DNA of 64,000 nt from Leucoraja ocellata. Taxonomy: Eukaryota. Of this stretch, positions 49,593 to 61,248 are shown one piece after another. Each line of letters opens with the position of its first letter. Position 1 is the stretch's first letter. Made by a program: the position numbers and the translations under genes. The stretch lies in contig JAWMAR010000122.1 of the NCBI GenBank assembly GCA_036785375.1, forward strand, positions 4,526,001 through 4,590,000, in the 5' to 3' direction. Under the pieces are notes generated by a model that worked only from the letters and a program-made list of their open reading frames with translations, did not search any database and had not been told where the DNA came from.

Positions 49593-50245
49593 AGGGCCTG
49601 TCCCACTTGGCCATCATTTGCGCGCCATTCACGAGACCTGGTAGTTGCGGGTAGCACGTTGGTGGCATGTGGGTAGCGCGGGACGGGCGCATAGAGTGAC
49701 GTGGAGGAGGGTGGAGTTGTGTGCGGTATCACGCAGCGCTCCAGGATTTCGTTCTGCACAAAATCATCGCGCGCCACTGGCCAGTCGCATAAATGACGGC
49801 CAAGTGGGACACCCTGGCATGGCGCAATGTCTCACCTCCAACAGCAGCAGAAGCAGGCAAGCGATCGCCGAGCTCGGCCTGGGGCTCATGGCCATTGCGG
49901 ACCCGGATCCACCCCCACTCCTACTCCCAGAGCGGGGCCAAGACGATTGGAGATAGACACAAAATGCAGGAGTAACTCAGCGGAACTGACAGCATCTCTG
50001 GAGAGAAGCAATGGGTGACGTTTCGGGTCAAGACCCTTTTTCAGACTGAAGACCCGAAACATCAACCATTCCTTCTCTCCAGAGATGCTGCCAGTCCCGC
50101 TGAGTTACTCCTGCATTTTGTGTTTATCTTCAAATGAAGTCACGCGCTCCAGACGGCTGTGTGGACTCATGATGACGTGCGCGACTGACACGCGTCAGTC
50201 ACTACCGGCCTGTCGCATAAGTGACGGCCAAGTGGGACAGACCGT
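49593..50245. mobile_element. PIF/Harbinger-type MITE
   Basis: TIRs AGGGCCTGTCCCACTTGGCC / GGCCAAGTGGGACAGACCGT with flanks TTA/TAA. The 3-bp empty site is at 43749-43751 in the paralogous unit. An extra internal TIR copy lies at ~49790-49812. Confidence 0.85.
49946..50134. mobile_element. Near-perfect palindromic PLE terminal-repeat doublet inside a MITE
   Basis: Arms of ~84 bp (49946-50029 and 50051-50134) are reverse complements with few mismatches. Confidence 0.85.
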
Positions 50246-50799
50246 TAAGTGAGTTTCTGTCAAGAACTACATTTCTGAGGAGCAATTAGTAAATTCCATT
50301 GCACTACTCCTTTCTTCAACATATTTTCAGTCTTGTTTGCTTGATGATGCCTATTATAGGTCTCAAGGTGAATTATTTAAGATTCTTGCTGCTTAGCTTG
50401 CCTTGGATAATTAATACTCTCATTCTCTCACATTTTGTACAGCTTGTACTGTGTGAAAACACAAAACAATTATAGAAATGGAAAATCACAGATGTATATC
50501 TTAGAAAAGGGCCTTTTGGCTCAATGTCCTTTATGCTCATCCACACCAAACCTATTTCTCTGCATTAGGAATGTATCCTTTGTCTTATTTACTTCAGTGT
50601 CTGCCTAATTGCCTCTTTAAAATGGTAATTGTATCTGTTTGCACCACCTCCTCAGGCAGCATATTCTAGGCCTCAACCACATCGATGTCATAATGATGAA
50701 GGCAAACCAACACCTCTACATTCTTAGAAGTTTAAAGAGATTCAGCATTTTTCCAAATACTTCAACAAACATGGCAGCACAGTTGTGCAGCATAGCCAA

Positions 50800-51262
50800 T
50801 ACAGTGGTACAGTAGTAGATTTGCTGCGTTACAGTGCCAGACACCTGGGTTGGATCCTGACTCCAAGTGCTGTCCTTCCGGAGTTTGCAAGCTCTCCCTG
50901 TGACCGCATGGGGTTTTTCCGGGTGTTCTGGTTTCCTCCCACATCCCAAAGATGTGTAAGTTTGCAGATTAATATACCTCTGTAAAAAAATGTGCCCGGT
51001 GTGTCGTTTAGTTTAGTTTAGTGTCACATGTACTGAGGTACAGTGAAAATCTTTTTTTGTTGTGTGCTATCCTGTCAGCGTAAAGACTATACATGATTAC
51101 AATTGTTCACAGTGTACAGATACAGGATAAAGGGAATAACATTAGTGGAAGAGAGAGTGGATTAGAAAGTAGGACAAAATAGAACTCATGTGAATGGGTG
51201 ATCGATGGCCAGGGTGGACTCGATGGGCCAAACTGCCTGTTTCCATGCAGTATCTCTAAAAT
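50800..51262 (+). mobile_element. V-SINE interrupted by a minus-strand Rex tail (~51006-51150)
   Basis: Consensus match on both sides of the insert. Confidence 0.75.
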
Positions 51263-53454
51263 TAATGCAGAACAGTGTGTCCCAATCTGAGCTGTCCCAG
51301 TTTAATTTAGGTTGTCAACTGCATTTGACTTTAATAATTACGCGCATGGCAGAATTGTTTTCTTTAAATTTATGAGGAGTGACAGCGAATACTGAGGTTA
51401 ATTTTCACCTTCACGGGTAGTAATATAACTAAGCTGATTGACCACCATCATGGAGCTCATTCGATTTTCATCGTGTGTGAGCTTATTTAATGTAATCATC
51501 TTGGCCACATTAATTGTGCAGGTTGTGAAGGTGAGAATCACCTCCAATCTAAATTCCAGCACAATTTAATAAAACCAGTTACATGTCCTCAATGAATTTG
51601 AATTAAAAATTATTCCTGACATATACCATTCAACTTCTTTTGCTGAGGTCAGAAACCAGGACAAATCAATTCTGATTAATTTTTAATATAAGCAATCTGA
51701 CACAAGCCTTTTACCAATACTGCACCCTCATATCAAAATACTTTCACATTCATCTCTTAAAAATGTGCAATTAATCTGTTCATTGTTAATGAACTTGACT
51801 CCGTAAAGTCTGCTGTGAGGATAATGGTTCTCATTAAATAAGTGCCTGCTCAACTTTATCTTCCCAGAATCAACAGTTCAAAGGTTGGTGAAATGGTTTT
51901 GCAGAATTTTTTTTAATCTTTACCTCATGAATGTAAGTTGGAATTTTGCTTCCTGTGCATATCTACCATTGGCATAATCACAGGCCTCATTTTGGGCAAC
52001 ATGGATTAATTGATCTACAACTTAACTTCAGTCTTAATCATGGAGCATTTTGCTCTCATTGAGGTAATGAAACCTTCATCTCCAAGTGCAGTTGAAGACA
52101 AAATACTACTGAATTACTATTAAAACACAAACTGTTTGTGTTACAGTATTACACCTGCATAAATGCTCAACTGAGAAAACCAAGCCCAAAGTCAAAGTCA
52201 TCTAAACTACCGACACACACTTATGCTATAGGACAAACACACAAGCCAAATGTTTAACCATGAAACCTAATCCTAATGCCAGATGAGAATCTAAAATACC
52301 TTTACACAGTATACAGTGCACTGTAAATATAGAACGAGTTAACCACTGAAAAACCAATAATTGATCACAGGCAAAAAAATAATGAGAATGAATTTGAAAA
52401 CATCTTTAGACAAGTCTCCACATCCTATCTTTGATCTTCAATTGATTTATATAAAAACTGTTTGCAGGAATGTTCAAAAGAATTGTAAGGTGGGAAGATA
52501 TCTGCGGGCAGATTTTATGCCATCCTTCGCAAATGTCAACCATCAATTATTTCTATTTTTGAGTAAAACTGAGCCAGTGAAGAAGATCTTAAAGAAATTC
52601 AAGTGGAACGAAGGCAAAGGAAAACTCTCTTATCCTTCTAAGGCAGGCAACGCAACAAGGGGATCAGAATTAGCACCTGTCACATACATTCAAATTAGCT
52701 TGGTCTTAGTGTGAAAATAATGCATGCAAAATAATACATTTCTTTTGATGCAGCAGGAATTCTTGGCAGGTTGAAAGAGTCGGGCTACAGTATCTGTTGT
52801 CGGGGAAAGAATAATGTGGGCTAATAACTGGTAAATAGGGATGTGGATTGTGCTAATGTGGTGATAGGGAACCGGAGACAAAGCCTAAAAAGTATTAACA
52901 TGGAACACAGCAGTGATGACATCCAAGTTTCTGGAACTTCATTGATTATGTTATAATGTGCACCCATCGTCGTAACAGAAAATTGGATCGACCATTCAAC
53001 AAAGTTAGACTTCGGGATAGTCATTTTATTTTGTAATCAAGACCTAGCTTGTTGCACTGCTAATCTAGTTTCTATGTAATCTTGTCATCTGAGAACATAA
53101 TAGCTGTACCAAAGTCATGCTCAGGAGATCAACTTTGACTAGTCTCCTGGTACACATCAGTTTTAATATATTGCCCATTACTTCGAACACCCGCTCAGCG
53201 TGGCCTTTCCATTTCCTCCTACTGTATCAAACCAAACTCTTCAGAGTATGATGCTAATTCTATTGTGCTATTTATTTATATAACTGCAGTTGTTATGAAA
53301 ACTTACGTTTATGTTCTTGACCACTATGCATTGGATCAATACTCTACTGTTTATCATTTAATGTTGAGGAGCACAGATTTTTAATAACAAAAAACCTTAA
53401 TAACCTGGTATGTGTTTCAACAGAATTGGTCTCCAACCACAACAGGTCAACCAT

Positions 53455-53880
53455 CATAGAACATAAGGCATAGAAAAGTACTGCACAGGAAAAGGCCCTT
53501 TGGCTCACAATAACTATGGCAAACATGATGTCAATCTAAATTAATCTCATCTGCCTGTACGATCCATACTTCATTCCTTGCACATCCATCTATCTAAAAC
53601 TCTCTTAAATGCTGCTTTCATATCTGCCACCTACACCACCCCCAACAGCATATTCCTTGCACTCCCCCAACCTCTGTGTAAAAGATTTGCCGCACACATC
53701 TCGTTTAAACTTTGCTCCTTTCTTTTTAAATCTATGCCCTCCAGTCTTTGACAATTCCACCTCGGGGGAAAAGGCTCAAACTATCTTTCCAATCTATGCC
53801 TCTCATACTTTTACATATTTCTATCGGGTCTCCCCTCAGCCGCCGGTGCTCCAGAGAAAACAAGCCAAGTTGATCCAAGT
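53455..53880 (-). mobile_element. CR1 3' fragment
   Basis: Decayed CR1 C-terminal region and tail on the minus strand. Confidence 0.65.
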
Positions 53881-54807
53881 TGTTATTCTTTCCTACATAA
53901 AAGGTTGGACCATCAATTCTTTTGAGAGACTTGATGACCTGCTGTTCATCATTTCACCTCAGAAACCAAGGGTAATCTGTCCATAATAGTAAGCTCAGAG
54001 TATGAGAATATCCTGTTCTGTATTTAGGCATCCAGGACATGTTCATAAGTTCATAAGTGATAGGTGCAGAGTTAGACCATTTGGCTCATCGCATCTACTC
54101 CGCCATCCAATCTTGGTTGATCTATCATTCCCTCTTAACCCCATTCTTCTGCCTTCTCCCCATTACCCTTCTCCCCATGTTCAGTGCTGTGGTAGGAAGC
54201 TGGCATTATGGCCTCCTCAGGAAAATTATTAACTGTGCCAGATTGCAAGAGGGATTCACATCAGGAGGTATCAAACCTTTTGAGTGATACAGTCGTTCAG
54301 TCGGAAATTTGAATTTTCAATCATACGGTGTTCATGTGAAAGCTGTGCATTTGAATTTTCATGCAGTAGTTGTATCTGTCAGTAGAGGCTTGGGCACATG
54401 GCCTTTCAATACGAAAAACAATAACACATTGACAACCATACTGTTTATGATCAATAAAAACATTTCAGAATATTACTCCAGTACAAATGTCACTCAGTCA
54501 CTTAGCATTGAAATTCACTTCACTGACATTTGGTTCAAATGTTAGCAGCAGATTTTACCACTTTTCAAATAAGTTCAACCCTTTCCTTCCATGGCTAATG
54601 CTGATCTTATGACCCATAATGCTCCAAATGCCCTCTCTACAATAACGTTCCCCGTAGAATTCCAATTCACCAATTTCAATCCACCAGTAAAATCAATACA
54701 AGGAACAAAACACCTTTTCAACAAAATAGAAACCCTTTTTTTTTAATTCATCAAGATAGACAGACAATGATTTAAAATATAAAAGGGAAGTGAATATAAT
54801 GGCTGAC

Positions 54808-54995
54808 CATCACAGAAATGTGAAGGATCCGGAGTTCGTCCTCAGCCGAGTCCGACTCGGAGTAGATGGTTGGGATCAGGCCTGGCAAACGATGAGCGAT
54901 ATTCTGATGGTGGACGTGGAAAAGCAAGGTTCCGTTTTCCAGCCATTGTTGCCTCCAGCGAACGTATGGAATCTCTTCGGTGTAGCCAGATATTT
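54808..54995 (-). CDS. ASTN1: Internal coding exon of astrotactin-1 (probably exon 2)
   Basis: The minus strand has ttttatttgcAG acceptor, 188 bp, then GTcagc donor. It translates as (E)[62 protein letters not shown]. This matches recalled vertebrate ASTN1 ([31 protein letters not shown]...[13 protein letters not shown]) better than ASTN2. This frame is not in the ORF track. Confidence 0.93.
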
Positions 54996-55948
54996 CTGCA
55001 AATAAAATAACAAATGTATGAATTCAAATTCCATTGAAGAAAGTGGTAAGTTCAAAGCATATTGAAAGCAATTTCAAATTTAATAATATAACAACACTTC
55101 ACTAATGCAATAATATGTAATCTTTCCCCTGTACTCATGGTAACTTATTTATTGATTCAAACAAAGGAGAAGCTCGAAGCATCCCTGAACTTCAATTAAA
55201 TTTCAATCAAAAAGAAGTAAAAGATATTGAACTTTCAAATTACAGAGTAGATGAGGTAAGAATTAATGGGCACTCGCATACTTCATTCCGCTCCTTGTCA
55301 ACCCAAATCATGAAATAATAATGACTGGTTCGATTATCATGAATAATATCCCTATAATAGCAAGAAATATTTAATCATGGCAGTGCTTTTCATTGTGATA
55401 AGGAGAGCATTAGCCCTACACCCAAATCCATCAAGTGAATTACAGCTCCAAGCACATTTCTGGACTATGTATCAATCAACCAATTCATGTTTATATAATC
55501 ACAACAATATCCCTCTATGTGGAGAATAGTATGGTTTCAGCATATTCTCTATTACAAAGTATAAAATCCACATCAAAATCATTAACAGATTAAATAAGTT
55601 AACTTCCATGTTTCAATTAGACTATAGATATGTACCTCTGACCCAATATTTGTGGATTCAGAGGTATCAGTTTGGCACAGATGTTAGTTTGGTGAATCTC
55701 TATCCCATGAAATATATACAAATTGTTTAATATAATAAGTAGAAATGTACAGTCCCATGGGAGTCATTGTCTAAACATATAATAAAAGACCTGAAGGTAC
55801 TTCATAAAGGAATTGAGAGCACGAGAGCATTCAGAGGACTGTGGATTCCAGATGAAAAGAGAATGAAACCTTCTCTTCACTGTATACATACAAACATGTA
55901 TTATATGTGTTAAAGTAGTTTCATGACAATGACTTTACAGAAGGCATT

Positions 55949-56270
55949 TGGCAGTACAGTGACACAGCTGGCAGAGCTACTGGCTCACAACACCAGAGAC
56001 CCCAGTTTGATCCTGACCTCAGATGCTGTCTGTCTGGAGTTTACGTGTTCCCCCTGTGACCATGTGGGTTTCCATCAGGTGCTCTGGTTTCCTCCCATGT
56101 CCCAAAGATGTGCAGGTTTGTAGGTTAATTGGTCTCTGTAAAATTGCCCATAGTGTGTAGGGAGTGGATGAGAAATCATAGAACTAGTGTGTACGGGTGA
56201 TCGATGGTCGGTGTCGACAATGCGGGCCGAAGGGCCTGTTTCCATGCTGCATCTCTAAACTAAATTAAAC
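55949..56270 (+). mobile_element. V-SINE
   Basis: Consensus match, full length. Confidence 0.8.
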
Positions 56271-56753
56271 ATTGCATTGATTCAAAACTGGAAAAGAATC
56301 TCAACAATGGGAGTATGTTCAAACTATTACTGCATCTGAAAAAAGTCAATAGTTTGATCGACAAGAGTTTTCATCCATGCAGAATGGGAGAATTAAACAA
56401 AACTCAGCAATCCATAATAACAGAGCAAAAATTCAATGGTCAATTATGCACTCCTCATCTCAACCAGAGGCACATGCTGGTAATTTGTTGAACTGGCAGC
56501 TGAGAGAAGAGAAGGTAAGCTACTTTGTGATGCCCTACAGTCTATTAGTCAGGCACCATGAAAATAACAAAGCTTGTATGAAAATAACAAGCACTTGTGC
56601 AAGGTACAGTATTTGCATAAACAGCCATTTAGGCAATCTACCCTCGAGGACAAAATGGTAGAAAATTGGTGAGCAAGAAAAGACTAAAATGATGAATAGT
56701 CATTGACAAAATGGTCAGATTAATGACCATGGATTCATTTTCGATGTCAGCAA

Positions 56754-57023
56754 GTAGAAATGTAGAAACAAAGAACTGCAGATGCTGATTTACAAAAAAA
56801 GACACAAAGTGCAGGAGTAGCTCAGCGGGTCAGGCAGCATCTCTGGAGAACATAAATTGATGACATTTCTGGATGGGACACTCCTTCAAACTGATTCCGC
56901 TGAGTTACTTCAGCACCTTGTGAATCAATCTGATGAAATGTCCCGATCTAAAACGTCACCTATCCATGTTCTCCAGAGAAGTCGCTTGACCTGCTGAGTT
57001 TCGACAACACTTTGTCTGCTGCA
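56754..57023. mobile_element. PLE inverted terminal-repeat cluster
   Basis: ATGTCAGCAA is duplicated at 56744-56753 and 57024-57033. A minus copy is followed by plus copies. Confidence 0.75.
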
Positions 57024-57706
57024 ATGTCAGCAAATTGGTTGTATTTTTCTAACTATTTCTCATGAAGTAAAACCCAAATTAGCCTTTGAACTATGTTACA
57101 TAATGTATTGTGCAAAACACAAAGCGCTGGAGTAACTCATCTGCTCAGGCAGCATCTGTGGAGGGAATGGATAGGCTTTGTTTCAGGTCGGGACCCTACT
57201 TTAGACTTGGAGGGGGAGCACTAAGAGTGGGTCTCATAGGACTCCCTTTGGAGAGAGGAGAACTTCTTCAAAGTGGGCATACTTTGAGGAGATTTTGCAG
57301 TGGAGTGTTAGAATGGAGGCACAAGAAACTGCAGATGCTTGAATTTTGAGCAAAATGCAAAGTGCTGGAGAAACTCAGCAGGCCAGGCAGCATCTGTGTG
57401 GAAGGAATTGATACGCAATAATTTGGGTCAAGATTCTTTTTCAGATGTAATGTTGAAACTACTAACCAGCTCCGTACTAAAATGAAATTCCATTTTGTGA
57501 ATAATTTTTGGATTTGGTCAGAGAGTATACTAGGATTGATGTTCACATTTTCAGATCTATTAAATAACATAGTGAAGAAAGCTTATATTTTGTGAAGAGT
57601 TCATTATAAATTAGGATTTATTACAAGAATGAGGTTGTGCCAACTCTTGTACCGCAACACAGTGAATATTGATTTACTGATGGATACTGACTTTCAATGA
57701 TAAGTA

Positions 57707-59127
57707 ACAAAAGTGCTGGAGAAACTCAGTGGATGCAGCAGCATCTATGGAGCGACGGAAATAGGCAACGTTTCGGGCCGATACTCTTCTTCAGACTGAT
57801 GTAGGGTGGTCGGTGGGGGGGGGGGGGGGGGGGGGGCGGAGAAGAAAGGAAAAAGGAAGAGGAGGAGCCCGAGGGCTGTGGGAGAGCTGAGAAGGGGAGG
57901 AGACAGCAAAGGCTACCGGAAATTGGTGAATTCAATGTTTATGCCGCTAGGGTGCAGACTGCCCAAGCGGAATATGAGGTGTTGCTCCACCAATTTCTAG
58001 TGGTGCTCACTCTGGCCATGGAGGAGGCCCAGTACAGAGAGTTTGGATTTGGAATGGGAGGGGGAGTTGAAATGCTGAGCCACTGGGAGATCAGGTTGGT
58101 TAATGCGGACTGAGCGGAGGTGTTCGGCGAAACGATCGCCAAGCCTACGCTTGGTCTCACCGATGTAGATCAGCTAACATCTAGAGTAGCGGATGCAATA
58201 GATGAGGTTGGAGGAGATGCAGGTGAACCTCTGTCGCACCTGGAATGACTGCTTGGGTCCTTGAATGGAGTTGAGGGGGGAGATAAAGCGACAGGTGTAG
58301 CACCTCTTGCGGTTGCAAGGGAAAGTGATTGGGGAGGGGGTGGTGTGGGAGGGAAGGGAAGAATTGACTAGGGAGTTACGGAGGGAGCGTTCTTTGCAGA
58401 AAGCAGCTGGGTGGGGGGGGGGGGGGGTGGGGGTGGGAGATGGAAAGATATGGCGAGTGGTGGGGTCACGTTGGAGGTGGCGAAACTGACAGGGGACTAT
58501 TTGTTGTATGCGATGGCTAGTGGGGTGAAAGGTGAGGACTAAAGGGACTCTGCCCTTGTTACGAGTGGGGGGGGGGGGGGGGGGGATGGGGAGAGAGAGC
58601 AGTGTTATGGGGTATGGAAGAGACCCTGGTGAGAGCCTCATCTATAATAGGGGAGGAGGGGAACCCCTGTTCCCTGAAGAATGAGGACATTTCCGATGCT
58701 CTGGTGTGGAACACCTCATCCTGGGAGCAGATGCGGCGTAGACCAACAAATAGGGAGTAGGGGATGGAGTCCTTACAGGAAGCAGGGTGGGAAGAAGAGT
58801 AGCCTAGATAGCCATGGGAGTCAGTGGGTTTATAGTGGATGTCGGTCTGAAGTTTATCACCTGCGATGGAGATAGTGAGGTCAAGAAAAGATTGGGAAGT
58901 GTCGGAAATGGTCCCGGTGTATTTGAGTGCCGGATGGAAGTTAGTGGTGAAGCAGATGAAGTCAGTGTGGGTGCAGGAGGTAGCGCCAAAGCAATTGTCG
59001 ATATAGCAGAGGTAGAGGTCGGGGATGGGGCCCTGGTACGTCTCGAACAAGGATTGTTCGACGTACCCGACAAAGAGGCAAGCATAGCTGGGGCCCATGC
59101 GCGTGCCCATAGCTATGTACAGCTATG
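57707..59127 (-). mobile_element. Penelope-like element (RT C-terminal part + GIY-YIG endonuclease + terminal repeat), decayed and 5'-truncated
   Basis: RT motifs MGTRMGPSYACLFVG, YIDN and FLD...YKPTD, a Cys motif CNRKRCYTC, and GIY-YIG-like NLIYCIR...YIGETKRRLGDRFAEHLRS. ATGATAAGTA is duplicated at 57697-57706 and 59128-59137. Confidence 0.92.
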
Positions 59128-59229
59128 ATGATAAGTAGTTTATTTTTCTTAACAAATTGAATAAAGAGATATGCAGTGTTTTAATCTGCAATAGATAGCT
59201 TGAAATCAAACAGTTCTGAAGGGACAGTT

Positions 59230-59535
59230 TAGCTTTTAGTTTAGTTTAGTTTAGAGATACGGCATGAAAACAGGCCCTTTGCCACTGAATCTACGCCGAC
59301 CAGCGATCGCTGTACACTAGTTTTATCCTACACATTAGGGACAATTTACAGAAGCCAATTAACTTACAAACATGCACATCTTTGTAATGTGGAAGGAAAA
59401 CAGGAGCACTTGGAGGAAACCCACGTGGTCACAGAGAAAATACAAACTGCATACAGACAGCACCCATAGTCAGGATCGAACATGGGTCTGTGGCACTGTA
59501 AGGGAGCAACTCTACCACTGTGCTACTGTGCTGTC
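59230..59535 (-). mobile_element. V-SINE
   Basis: Consensus match, full length. Confidence 0.8.
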
Positions 59536-60602
59536 CTGGTCAGTTTCAATGATCAAGTTAGGTGAGCTCAGTCAGAACAGTAATCTTGTCTTCCTTTATT
59601 ATCATTACATAATAATAAACAAACACCTATTTGGGCCATCACAATCATGTTGGCTCCCAGGGAACCAATTCCATTTATCCCATTATCTTCTCCTAATTTA
59701 CCTGTATACATGGAGTTCATGACAGATATAGCAGTTATCAGACTACTCTCTCAATAAACTAGGGTACTGTACAATCCATCTCTAACCCAATGGACATTGG
59801 ACATCGTTTATGAAAAACATGTGCTTCAATGCTTGAAACTATATTCTGCAATTTGTATTTTCCCCTTTGCTTAACCTATTGTACATGAATTTGACTTGAT
59901 TGTATTTATGTATAGCAGTATCTGATCTGATCGGATAGAATGCAAAACATATCTTTTCACTATATCTCGATTCACATGACAAGAATAAACCTAAACTAAA
60001 CTTGAAAACAATAGGTTTTACATCTTTTAGTTTAGTTGAGTTTATTATTGTCATGTATACCGAGGTACAGTGAAATGCTTTTGTTTGCATGCTATCAAGT
60101 CAAAGAAAAGACTATCTATGAATACAATCTGCAAATTGAGTCAGGATGGAAATTGTTGTAAATTGGTGTAAATTCAAATAACCATCATTGATTGATTAAA
60201 TTGAGCTTATTATTTGCCTTTTGCTTCAAGGACTGGGGTTCAAATCAAACTCTAAGTAATTGAATGTAATTATTTTCTGCAAAGCTGCCAAAATGCAGAG
60301 GAACATTGGGTGAAACCAGTTTGTACTTCACAGATACATTACTTTGTGACCTTCGTTGTGCGGATTTTACATTCGGATTGATCACACGTTGAAGTACACC
60401 TGCCATCAGCTCCTGAAAAGCTGTCAACACAGTGAAGAAAGCTCAAGGCCAAATAACAAATCAGTTGTTAGCACCCAAAAGGCAATTCCTGGCAGAATAT
60501 TTGCTCCACGTTGAACCTCAGTTGCTGAACAATATCCTTTTAAGTCTGAACCATCATGATTCCTTCCTGTACCGCCGCTCTCAGAAAAAGCAAAGAAGGT
60601 TC

Positions 60603-60822
60603 AAGGAAAGATACTAAAAGCTGGAGTAACTCAGTGGGTCAGGCAGAATCCCTGGAGATCATGGATAGGTGACGATTGGGTCAGGACCCTTCTTCAGACT
60701 GGGGACCCGAACTGAAACATTGCCCATCCAAGTTCTCCGAGGATGCTGCCTCATCCGCTGAGTTACTCCAGCCATTTGTGTCTTTCCTTGGTAAACCAGC
60801 ATCTGCAGTTCCTTGTTTCCAC
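60603..60822. mobile_element. Inverted doublet of the PLE terminal repeat
   Basis: caaggaaagatac...gctggagtaactcag on the left and ctgagttactccagc...tctttccttg on the right. The tail is on the right arm. Confidence 0.8.
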
Positions 60823-61248
60823 AATGTAGGATTAATTTGCACTGATTTGTAAAGATGTCCGTATTATAAACTCTTTGTTTTGCACATAATGTAGGAATAT
60901 AAACCAGAATTTAGTGCTTTTAGATTGGTATTATTTAAAAAAATTAAACAGTAAAACTGCTATTTAATTTTCAAAACAAATTATTTGGTTTATTTTCTTG
61001 ATTTCAGAACATAATCCTGATTTCAAGTTTTCATAATTGTTCATGTCATTAGTTATAATTTTTCATAATTACTACACTCAAAGAAAGGAATTGTATTAAA
61101 TGCCAGCATTATAATTTTACAATCACTAGGTCACACTCAATTAATTAAAGAAAAATACTAACTTTGAGGCAAGCATCATTAATTGTGATTATTGACAAAA
61201 AATGCAAAGCAGAATTATTGCTTCTAAAAATGCCAACAAACCAATATC

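Larger units (their letters stand above)
43196..50795 (+). repeat. Tandem segmental duplication (unit A 43196-44300; unit B 44301-50795, expanded by insertions)
   Basis: Both units start tcttaatgagcttaaaaatg and end acaaacatggcagcacagt.gtgcagcat, with collinear unique sequence between. Confidence 0.92.

Noticed and set aside
49590-50248. TTAA flanks suggesting piggyBac/Kolobok
   Set aside because: The paralogous empty site and sister elements (TAA at 40320/40638, TTA at 34245/34619) indicate a 3-bp TWA TSD, i.e. PIF/Harbinger.
52361-53024. ORFs and a possible acceptor near 52885 as additional exons
   Set aside because: No frame resembles ASTN1 or any protein I recognise, and two of the three frames stop early.
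60245-60617. Two 61-aa ORFs upstream of the exon
   Set aside because: They are short with no recognisable similarity, and do not resemble the ASTN1 signal-peptide exon.
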